IMG/VR virus record: IMGVR_UViG_3300025608_000015
Coordinates: 26,845 to 90,844 of that record
Source: a virus
Lineage: Duplodnaviria; Caudoviricetes
Direction: 5' to 3' (one strand)
Length of the DNA stretch: 64,000 nt
This document shows, one piece after another, positions 56,441 through 64,000 of this stretch. Each line of letters begins with the position of its first letter. Within the stretch, counting starts at the first letter, position 1. The notes below the pieces were generated by a model. It saw only the letters and a list, made by a program, of their open reading frames with translations, was not told the origin of the DNA and ran no database searches. Made by a program: the position numbers and the translations under genes.

Positions 56441-58906
56441 ATGGCTACAGGATTACAAGGTGCTTTCGAAGTATTTAAAAATGTAACGCAAAGTATATTT
56501 GTGTGTGATACTAATGATGCAGCAGCAGTGACTATTAACGTCTGTAACAGAGGTGTTGATGCAGGAAAAATTCAAATTGCTGTCACAGCTAATCAACACG
56601 AAATACAAGAAACAGATGCAATTTTAGAATGGGATCTAGATATTATTCCCAAACAAGTTATTGAAAGAACTGGAATTATTGTACCTTCTAATTATTTCTT
56701 AACTATTAAATCTACATGCAGTCCGTTAAGTGTACAGGCATGGGGAATGGTTAATGGTAATCCTATTACAGTAAGTCCAACTTCACAGAACCTAGGTTTA
56801 GCTCCTGTGTGGAACACTACAAATATCGAACCTATAACAGGAATATTAAACGAACTACAATTTGATATAACTGACGAAGGGCCTGTAGATGTACGTCTTA
56901 CAAGCGGCACTCTTTTACCTGGACTAGCTGTAGCAGGAGAGTATCTAACTGGGACTCTACAAGAAGCACTAGATAATATTCCAGGCGATGCTACTCAAAT
57001 AGACTTCTTATTAGATAGTCCTGGGGATTACACATTTACAGTTCCTACAGGAAATAGTTTATTCACTAACATGAGCGCCGTTGTAGTAGGCGGTGGCGGC
57101 GGTGGCGGCGGTGGCGACAACACCGACTATGGCGCAGGTGGCGGAGGCGGAGGCGGCCTTGCTTATGTAAACAATGTTACACTCACAGGCGGAGAAGTTA
57201 TACAAGTAGTTGTAGGAGACGGCGGCAATGGAGTCAAAAATGGTTATGGTTCTGCAGGTGAAGCTAGTTCTCTAAAAATTGATTCAGTGACTGTGTTAAC
57301 AGGTGGTGCCGGACAAGGTGGTTACATTGGCGGTAATCGAGATGGATTTAATAATTTTACAACATACCAAAACCAAGGAACTTTCTCTGCTAATGCTAGT
57401 TATGGTACATCACGTGGTGGTGGCAACGGTGGTGGTTCAGGTGGTAACTACAACGGTGCAGCTGGCGGTGGTGGTGCCGGCGGCTTTGACGGGAACGGCG
57501 CTAGAGGCCCCCACGTACAAAATGGTTCAGGCTACGAACTAGCAACTGGTACAGGTGCTGGCGGTGGAGGCGGATGGAATACTTTCCCTGCCGCAGGAGA
57601 CGGATCAGAAGATGTAGCAGGTGTTGCTGGTGGTCAAGGCGGATACAGTGACGATTCATCAGCCGGTGGTGGTGGAGGTGGTTCTTATCTATGGAACAAC
57701 TCCGCACAAACATTTACAGGCACTATAGTAGCAACTGCACAGAACGGTGAACGTAGAGATAATAAAGCTACTAATACTAACAACGGCCATGGAGGTAACG
57801 GAGGGTTCCCTGGCGGCGGTGGCGGTGGCGGTTCTGACGAACCTGGCTATGCTAGTTACGGCGGCAAGGGTGGTAGAGGCGCTGCACGTATTGTATTCTC
57901 TAATAACTCTTTTGATTTCCCTACAAACACTAACGCTGACTTTAGTACTAGGTATGTGTTTACAAATGCTCAATCATATTCTACTAGTTCAACACCTACT
58001 ACAGTTACTTTAACTGCTAGAGATGAAGTAGGCAACGAAACACCTACTGCATTTTCTATTGTAAGAAAATGGCAGGACGGAAGCACTGAAGCATTAGCTG
58101 CTCCTAGTGCAAAAGAAATAAAACGTATTACAGGTACAAACGTAGACGGAACATATTGGATCAAACCTGAAGGCACTCAAGAAGCATTTCAACTTCATTG
58201 TTATATGGACAGTGTGTATGACGGTGGCGGCTGGATGCTAGTGCTAAGAAACGATTCAAACATCACAACCAATAACGGTTTTGGTAGTGGAGCTTTCCTT
58301 GTTGCCAACTGGGAAGGTTGGGGATATTCTACTAAAGAAGAGATTGATGCACTTGGGTATGATTATTCTACACAAGATGATTCGCTTTGCTTTGCACCAA
58401 CTTATGCCCTTTGCCCGTTTAACGATGTAATGGTTATTGCTAGCAGATCCGGACAACAAGACAAGCGAGTTGGATGGAGACATACCAGTCAGTTTGAAAA
58501 TATGTACAGTGTTATTAATCAACCTAATACTTACAAAGCAGATGTTGTATTATTCGGTAATGCTTATAATTGGTTGAGTGAGTTAGATGTACAAAGCGAC
58601 ACGAACGTTATGGAGCCTAACAACGACTTTGTAGGTTTTAAAATACGTTCAGACACTGGATCTACAAGTAACTCAAGCAACTACACGGGTGGATTCTTTA
58701 CAAGCAGCATGCACTATGGTTCACAGATTGGATGCGGTCGAGATAACTCAAACAGCAACGTTTGGGGCGGCGGCTTCGGCGGGGAGTACGCTAACTCCGG
58801 AAGATGGCACAGAATGCACGGACATTGGTGGAATCACAGCGATCAAAGATTTAGCGGTTCAGATAGAACACAAGTGTTTTACGGACACGGCGTATATATA
58901 AGGTAA
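56441..58906 (+). CDS. Modular fibre/adhesin 2: shared N-domain, Gly-rich domain, fibrinogen-C-like domain
   Basis: VVGGGGGGG repeats and DGTYWIKP...LHCYMD..YDGGGWMLV. Confidence 0.65.
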   Translation: MATGLQGAFEVFKNVTQSIFVCDTNDAAAVTINVCNRGVDAGKIQIAVTANQHEIQETDAILEWDLDIIPKQVIERTGIIVPSNYFLTIKSTCSPLSVQAWGMVNGNPITVSPTSQNLGLAPVWNTTNIEPITGILNELQFDITDEGPVDVRLTSGTLLPGLAVAGEYLTGTLQEALDNIPGDATQIDFLLDSPGDYTFTVPTGNSLFTNMSAVVVGGGGGGGGGDNTDYGAGGGGGGGLAYVNNVTLTGGEVIQVVVGDGGNGVKNGYGSAGEASSLKIDSVTVLTGGAGQGGYIGGNRDGFNNFTTYQNQGTFSANASYGTSRGGGNGGGSGGNYNGAAGGGGAGGFDGNGARGPHVQNGSGYELATGTGAGGGGGWNTFPAAGDGSEDVAGVAGGQGGYSDDSSAGGGGGGSYLWNNSAQTFTGTIVATAQNGERRDNKATNTNNGHGGNGGFPGGGGGGGSDEPGYASYGGKGGRGAARIVFSNNSFDFPTNTNADFSTRYVFTNAQSYSTSSTPTTVTLTARDEVGNETPTAFSIVRKWQDGSTEALAAPSAKEIKRITGTNVDGTYWIKPEGTQEAFQLHCYMDSVYDGGGWMLVLRNDSNITTNNGFGSGAFLVANWEGWGYSTKEEIDALGYDYSTQDDSLCFAPTYALCPFNDVMVIASRSGQQDKRVGWRHTSQFENMYSVINQPNTYKADVVLFGNAYNWLSELDVQSDTNVMEPNNDFVGFKIRSDTGSTSNSSNYTGGFFTSSMHYGSQIGCGRDNSNSNVWGGGFGGEYANSGRWHRMHGHWWNHSDQRFSGSDRTQVFYGHGVYIR

Positions 58907-58915
58907 GGATGAATA

Positions 58916-60508
58916 ATGGCAAGCGGTAGACTAGCAGCAGTTGAATTAAGTAAGAATATCAGTCAAAGCATTTATGTATGTCCTACAGATGATGTTACAA
59001 CTGTTACGCTAAATGTTGTTAATAGAAGAACAGAAGAAATAAAAATTTCAGTAGCAATCACTGATGATTTAAACACAGACATTACAAGTCTTACAGATAC
59101 TACAATATATCCTTTAGAACTAGAAGTTCCTATTCCTCCTAAAGGCGTAATGGAAAGAACTCAAATCGTTGTTCCTAGCGGCAAGTATCTTACTCTTCTT
59201 GCAGACAATGATTTTGTAACTGCAACAGCATGGGGTGTAGAAGTAGGGTTTGAATTAGATACTCCGCCAACTCCTATTGCAACTAATCTAGGGCCTACGC
59301 CTACTATAAACACAGCAAGTTTAACAGTGCTAGAAGGATTAGCATATGCAGACACACTAGATGTGGACTATGCACCAGGTGGATTAATCACATATACTGT
59401 AACCAGTGGAACTTTACCCGCAGGTGTCGAACTTTCGCCACTGGGTGTAGTACAAGGCACGCCTACAGGATTAGACGAAGAAGTTACTGTTGATATTGAA
59501 GCTACTACTACTACAGGAGCAACAGCTACAAAAAGTATAACATTTAAAAAGATGACCATTACAGGCGGTGACGCAGTATATACTCACAGAGACAATGGCG
59601 TTGATTACTTAGTTCATGTATTCACAAGTGAAGGCGCACAAGATTTTATAACATCTGGAGATATAGACGCAGATGTACTTGCTGTCGCAGGCGGTGGTGG
59701 TGGAGGCTCACACGTACCAGGTGGCGGCGGCGCAGGTGGTTTGATCTATAGACCTCTCTTGCCCGTACCAGCAGGCACATATTCTACTGTAGTTGGCCAA
59801 GGCGGAGCCGGTTCCGATAACCGAGGTAGTTATCCAGGTATGCCTAATGCTAACCCAGGTGGGAATACCACGTTCGGGTCATTGTTAACTGCTCTAGGTG
59901 GCGGACATGGTGGTTCATGGACGCAGGACACTAGAAGCAACAATGGTGGTTCTGGTGGTGGTAGAAACCTAGATAGAAACAGTGGTCAGCGTCTAGGACT
60001 ACAGCCAAATGAAGCAGGCGACTCTGGCACATACGGTTATGGTAACGACGGTGCTATTAGCAGTGATGGCGGCTCCGAACCGTACGGTGGCGGTGGCGGC
60101 GGCGGCGCAGGTGCACCTGGCGTATCTCCTACTAGCCGAAACATAGCAGGCGCAGGCGGCGAAGGTATGTACATGGGTACTTACTACGGAGATACCTACG
60201 GCGAAGACGGTTGGTTTGCTGGAGGTGGCGGTGGCGGTGCCTGGGGCAACGTAGGTGCGGCAAACATAGGAGCTGGGGGCCGCGGTGGTGGTGGCTCAGG
60301 TGATGCTCCTAATGGAAGTAACGGTAACGGAAACAGTCTTAGATTAGGTAATGGTGAACCCACAGGTGAAGATGGTATGCCTAACACTGGTGGCGGTGGT
60401 GGCGGTGGTGGCCGTACAGGTGGTTCGTCATCAAAAGGTGGTACTGGTGGTTCAGGTATTGTTCTTGTACGTTATCAGAAATTATCTCCGAAACAGCCAA
60501 CGCCATAG
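58916..60508 (+). CDS. Modular fibre/adhesin 3: shared N-domain, Ig-like, Gly-rich domain
   Basis: MASGRLAA, YTVTSGTLPAG, ITGGD...VHVFT, AGGGGG repeats, GGSGIVLVRY. Confidence 0.65.
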   Translation: MASGRLAAVELSKNISQSIYVCPTDDVTTVTLNVVNRRTEEIKISVAITDDLNTDITSLTDTTIYPLELEVPIPPKGVMERTQIVVPSGKYLTLLADNDFVTATAWGVEVGFELDTPPTPIATNLGPTPTINTASLTVLEGLAYADTLDVDYAPGGLITYTVTSGTLPAGVELSPLGVVQGTPTGLDEEVTVDIEATTTTGATATKSITFKKMTITGGDAVYTHRDNGVDYLVHVFTSEGAQDFITSGDIDADVLAVAGGGGGGSHVPGGGGAGGLIYRPLLPVPAGTYSTVVGQGGAGSDNRGSYPGMPNANPGGNTTFGSLLTALGGGHGGSWTQDTRSNNGGSGGGRNLDRNSGQRLGLQPNEAGDSGTYGYGNDGAISSDGGSEPYGGGGGGGAGAPGVSPTSRNIAGAGGEGMYMGTYYGDTYGEDGWFAGGGGGGAWGNVGAANIGAGGRGGGGSGDAPNGSNGNGNSLRLGNGEPTGEDGMPNTGGGGGGGGRTGGSSSKGGTGGSGIVLVRYQKLSPKQPTP

Positions 60509-60520
60509 GGAATAGATAGT

Positions 60521-61684
60521 ATGCCTAGACTTACTTCATTCGCAGCATCGGGAACCATAGGTGGCAGTAGAGGCTCTTCAGGATCAAATAACAATGCTCT
60601 AGGAGCCATATCCCAAATAGGTACCTACGGCAACAGAAGCTTTGATATACATGATGACAATCTTGCACTGTGGAAAAAAAGCAGTGAAAGCATGGAACTG
60701 TATCACGGATTGATAGCAAATGCACCAGGCGATGTCAGCAGTGTGTACTCTACAACTGACACTCTCACAACCAGCTCATCTAACTATGATAATCAAGGTT
60801 GGTATCAATGTGCAATAAACAACGACACTGTGTATATGAGTTATCCTTTTGCTAACAGCAACCGCGGCCAAATCAACATGGTCAACTACACTATTTCGGG
60901 CACAATACAAGGCAATGCCACTGGAACTTCATCAAACACCGCCGTAGGTTATATCGACGGCGCCAACTATGGTTTTTACAAAATAGATTCCAACGGCAGT
61001 CGTCTTTGGGTGCAAGACGGCTTTACAGGACATCGTTGCCCTATGTTGGCTAATATGGGCACAATTAGTCCTAATGGCACCAATATATTCACTCATACTA
61101 CTACCAGCACCACAAGAAGCACTCGCGGATTAACTGCATTTACTGATCCTGACGACACTGCTATTCAGTGGTACTGCACAGGCTACGTGAGCGGCAATAA
61201 TGCAAACATGGCACTGTACAGAGTAAATCTAAACAGCATTCAGGGAAACAGGAATTTCACTGTGGCAGGACAAGGCGCAGAAGTATGGCGCCACACTAGA
61301 ATAACCAAAATTACCAGTGTAGCAGGAGTCGCACTAAGCACCCCCAGATACATCATACTAGGCAGTGGTGGCAGCAGCAGTGGAATGCAGGTAAGAGAAT
61401 TCACACCTGACAGTTCTGTCACAGTAAGTGTGTTTGCAAACTTTACAGGCAGTGAGTGGAGCACTGACGGAGGCATAGCAGCCTACAACGACATAGTAGT
61501 GAACAACGGTGTAGTGTATCGCTGGAAGGATCTAGACACTACACCTACACTGGTGGAAATTGATAACCTACTAGACAAGATCCCAGGCATCATCGGCACC
61601 CAAGGTCTTACTAGAATAAACGATAGAATCATAGCTATAGGAACCAACAGCGGCCGGATCCAGATCTTCGAGAACACCTACTAA
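60521..61684 (+). CDS. Putative virion protein with MPRLTSFA N-terminus (beta-propeller-like)
   Basis: Shares the N-terminal peptide with 61700. Beta-rich. Confidence 0.55.
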   Translation: MPRLTSFAASGTIGGSRGSSGSNNNALGAISQIGTYGNRSFDIHDDNLALWKKSSESMELYHGLIANAPGDVSSVYSTTDTLTTSSSNYDNQGWYQCAINNDTVYMSYPFANSNRGQINMVNYTISGTIQGNATGTSSNTAVGYIDGANYGFYKIDSNGSRLWVQDGFTGHRCPMLANMGTISPNGTNIFTHTTTSTTRSTRGLTAFTDPDDTAIQWYCTGYVSGNNANMALYRVNLNSIQGNRNFTVAGQGAEVWRHTRITKITSVAGVALSTPRYIILGSGGSSSGMQVREFTPDSSVTVSVFANFTGSEWSTDGGIAAYNDIVVNNGVVYRWKDLDTTPTLVEIDNLLDKIPGIIGTQGLTRINDRIIAIGTNSGRIQIFENTY

Positions 61685-61699
61685 CAGCGGAGCCTTAAC

Positions 61700-62932
61700 A
61701 TGCCAAGACTTACTTCATTTGCAGGATCATCACTAAGTGCCGCAAGCATTGCCGGAGGTGTAGCAGCAGCTACGTTAAAAACCATTGACGAAAATTTAAA
61801 TATTTTACAATTTGCAGCTCTCTTAGGTGGCATTGACGGATACTTTGACTTTAGTCCAGATGGCAGGAAAATGTTTGCAGCTACAACTGGAGGTGGCCCA
61901 GAAGGTGATGAATCAGTCAACGAATTCAGTTTATCAACAGCCTGGGACCCGTCAACTGCTTCAGTAACAGGTGCTAGCTTGGATCTAGATCAAGGCGGAA
62001 TGATAGGCGTTAGTTGTATGACTGTTAAACCCGACGGCACACGAATGTTTATAGCCGGCACCAAGCCTAGCACATATCAAAAGTGCGTAATGCAGTGGGA
62101 GCTTTCAACGCCTTGGGACTTGAGCAGTGCAGGAGCAAGTCCGAGCAGTACCTATGATATAACTAACTGGGGCAGCACTCGTGGACTAGGACAAATGTTC
62201 TGGCTGCCAGACGGCTCAGGGTTTTGGCTTGCACAGTATGACAATTTTAGTACACACACTATTAAACAGTACAACACATCTACGTGGAGCCTAAGCGGAG
62301 CAAGCGAAGGCACAGTGATCACGTTGAATGGAAGCGGCAGTCAAAATCGCCCTGAAATGATGACATTCAATCACGACGGCACAGAGTTTGCTATTGGACG
62401 TGGCGACGGATATGTCTCGGTATACACCTGTTCCACGCCTTATACTATGACACAAGCAATCTATGACAGTGGCGCTGTGAGAGGTTTTTCTCCGGCTACT
62501 GTGGATCCTGCGAATGATATTGTAATGATAGGCTTCAATCGAATTAAATTCTACGACGAAGGAACTCGAATGTTCAGAGGCGGCACGGGCACTGTATACG
62601 AATTGGGCAACGGTGGTCACACAGTGTATAGAGCATTGGTTCGAGCTTCAGGCAACTCAGCCTACGACTTCTATGGCGGAGGCAGTGACTTTACCGGATT
62701 AAATCCTAGTATTACTATGAATGTGGGCGATGTATTAGAACTGCGTATGTTTGCAAGTGGTCATCCATTGTGGATCAAACCAGAAGCAAGCACAGGACAG
62801 GCAAATGCACTGGACTTTTTTACCAACGGTCGTGACCAATCAGTTATACTATGGAAACCCACCGCCCCAGGCACATACTACTACAACTGTGAATTCCACT
62901 CTCCTATGCGAGGAACCATCACGGTATCCTAA
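61700..62932 (+). CDS. Beta-propeller virion protein with C-terminal cupredoxin-like domain
   Basis: Repeated F.PDG..M blades with LSTAWD/LSTPWD. C-terminal GHP...YYYNCEFHSPMRGTI. Confidence 0.6.
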   Translation: MPRLTSFAGSSLSAASIAGGVAAATLKTIDENLNILQFAALLGGIDGYFDFSPDGRKMFAATTGGGPEGDESVNEFSLSTAWDPSTASVTGASLDLDQGGMIGVSCMTVKPDGTRMFIAGTKPSTYQKCVMQWELSTPWDLSSAGASPSSTYDITNWGSTRGLGQMFWLPDGSGFWLAQYDNFSTHTIKQYNTSTWSLSGASEGTVITLNGSGSQNRPEMMTFNHDGTEFAIGRGDGYVSVYTCSTPYTMTQAIYDSGAVRGFSPATVDPANDIVMIGFNRIKFYDEGTRMFRGGTGTVYELGNGGHTVYRALVRASGNSAYDFYGGGSDFTGLNPSITMNVGDVLELRMFASGHPLWIKPEASTGQANALDFFTNGRDQSVILWKPTAPGTYYYNCEFHSPMRGTITVS

Positions 62933-62936
62933 ACAT

Positions 62937-63030
62937 CCGCGAAGCGGTTAACGCAAAAAAACGGCGAAGCCGCTGCGGTTCACCTACAAGCGCGAAGCGT
63001 TAGCGCAGAAAAATCAAGCTAACGTGAAGC
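62937..63030. repeat. Cluster of GCGAAGC-type mini-hairpins within two direct repeats
   Basis: CCGC-GAA-GCGG (62937), CGGC-GAA-GCCG (62962), CGC-GAA-GCG (62991). Repeat unit GCGAAGCG(G)TTA(A/G)CGCA(A/G)AAAAA at 62939 and 62992. Confidence 0.75.
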
Positions 63031-63163
63031 AAAATTACACACACCGCTACTACGACCTTACAGCACTATATAGATTCACTTTTCAAACAATCGCCGCATA
63101 CAGGCTCTTACACAGCGTTAAAAACACCATTAAACAACGATTACACAAAAGATGGTTCTTAAT

Positions 63164-63421
63164 TTAATCAACCTGTACCAAAGTAAAGGTAAACTTGTCG
63201 TATCTTGGCAAGTACAGTGCAGCCATGGTAGCATGCTTGGGCTGACTAAACACTAGTACGTTGTGACATGGCTGTATAGTGTTAATACGCAGATCAATCC
63301 ACATGTCTAAACTGACACAGTGTGTAAAATGATCTTGCACATCCAAATAGTAATCACTGTAATTAAGTATTACATATGGATCGCTAAAGCGTATGTCTCT
63401 TGGTTCTACACCGTAACCCAT
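63164..63421 (-). CDS. Hypothetical protein (85 aa)
   Basis: ATG with upstream AAGGG. Plausible composition. Confidence 0.45.
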   Translation of the reverse strand: MGYGVEPRDIRFSDPYVILNYSDYYLDVQDHFTHCVSLDMWIDLRINTIQPCHNVLVFSQPKHATMAALYLPRYDKFTFTLVQVD

Positions 63422-63439
63422 AACACTGTACCCTTATAG

Positions 63440-63534
63440 AGTATGCACACAGTTCAGCTAACAACGCTGTTAACAAACTAGCACAGAGTGCAATCAATGA
63501 CATATGTCCGTGTTGCGTACACTGTGTGCATACT
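63440..63534. repeat. 14-bp perfect inverted repeat
   Basis: AGTATGCACACAGT (63440-63453) and ACTGTGTGCATACT (63521-63534). Confidence 0.7.
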
Positions 63535-63646
63535 AGTATATATGCCTTTAGACTTCGTCATCCGGCTAGCACAGTGTAGAGGGGTTGTTATAGATGCTAA
63601 AGCATCAACACTCGTTTGCACTCGTGTTAGTTTTGTAAATACTAGT

Positions 63647-63865
63647 ATGAAGATTAGTTTTGCAACAGCTGGTGTTCCTACTCCCACAGCATTGTTAGGG
63701 GAAACACTGGTCATGGAAGAGTTAGACAGCTTGGGCATACTGTACACAGTAACACATACACTGCCACTCACAGTTATCGTAGACGACTATGACTATGCAG
63801 TGTTTGCACTACAGTGGATCAGCGATAAACCCTACAAGCGTTACAAGGTACTAGCACAGTACTAG
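63647..63865 (+). CDS. Hypothetical 72-aa protein (start moved to ATG 63647, MKISFATAG)
   Basis: GTAAATA lies 5 nt upstream of this ATG, as for eight other genes. Hairpin GACCC-GAAAT-GGGTC at the stop. Confidence 0.5.
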   Translation: MKISFATAGVPTPTALLGETLVMEELDSLGILYTVTHTLPLTVIVDDYDYAVFALQWISDKPYKRYKVLAQY

Positions 63866-64000
63866 ACCCGAAATGGGTCCTGCATGAAAAAAAATCTGCC
63901 GCGCAAAAAATTATGGTGAAGTACTTATAGATTCATGGTGGTGATTTTGCATCACCCAGTTTTTAGAATAGAGGTCATTAAGCGCAAAAGCTAGTTGCAA

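Noticed and set aside
57086-60450. GGC/GGT trinucleotide runs as microsatellite or contingency repeats
   Set aside because: They are in-frame Gly-rich coding segments with mixed codons.
54927-62932. Diversity-generating retroelement targeting the fibre C-termini
   Set aside because: No reverse transcriptase and no template/variable repeat pair differing at adenines is visible in the window.
4753-62951. Dozens of short antisense or alternate-frame ORFs in the track (e.g. 30904-31479, 41862-42350, 53848-54240)
   Set aside because: They lie opposite or inside well-supported genes, have no recognisable motifs or start signals, and look like shadow ORFs.
63478-63865. ORFs 63488-63865 (+, long form) and 63478-63771 (-)
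   Set aside because: The late box supports a start at 63647. The upstream part overlaps the repeat-rich intergenic region, and the minus ORF is its antisense.
1-64000. Stop-codon reassignment (seen in some jumbo phages)
   Set aside because: Core genes are full length under code 11, and TAA, TAG and TGA all terminate genes at coupled junctions.
1-64000. tRNA genes or CRISPR array
   Set aside because: Intergenic gaps are short. I saw no cloverleaf with T/D-loop signatures and no regularly spaced repeat-spacer pattern.

Overview
This is a 64-kb segment of an AT-rich, T4-related large (probably jumbo) myovirus genome that reads cleanly in the standard genetic code. Order along the window: fibre-like and giant virion proteins; a minus-strand unit running gp14-gp15-NUDIX-hldD-cupin-gmhB; neck gp13, sheath gp18, tube gp19 and a tube paralogue; a subtilisin-like protein; gp4, a putative small terminase, acidic putative head proteins and large terminase gp17; gp32-uvsX-uvsY; a glycan-biosynthesis island of about 8 kb; uvsW, a yhhQ-type transporter, a gp62-like protein, peptide deformylase, a 185-aa mini-DnaE, primase, a half carbamoyltransferase and DnaB/gp41 helicase; five modular fibre/adhesin genes; and a mostly non-coding, repeat- and hairpin-rich end region. 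The strongest pattern I read directly from the DNA is regulatory. A T4-late-like TAAATA box sits exactly 5 nt before the ATG of nine genes. Consensus sigma70 promoters place the predicted +1 on or next to the ATG of four replication-region genes, so both promoter classes appear to make leaderless mRNAs. The heptose/glycan genes sit behind the late box, which suggests virion glycosylation. All product calls come from motif recognition by eye, with no database search. Several starts were moved from the ORF track using SD or promoter evidence.
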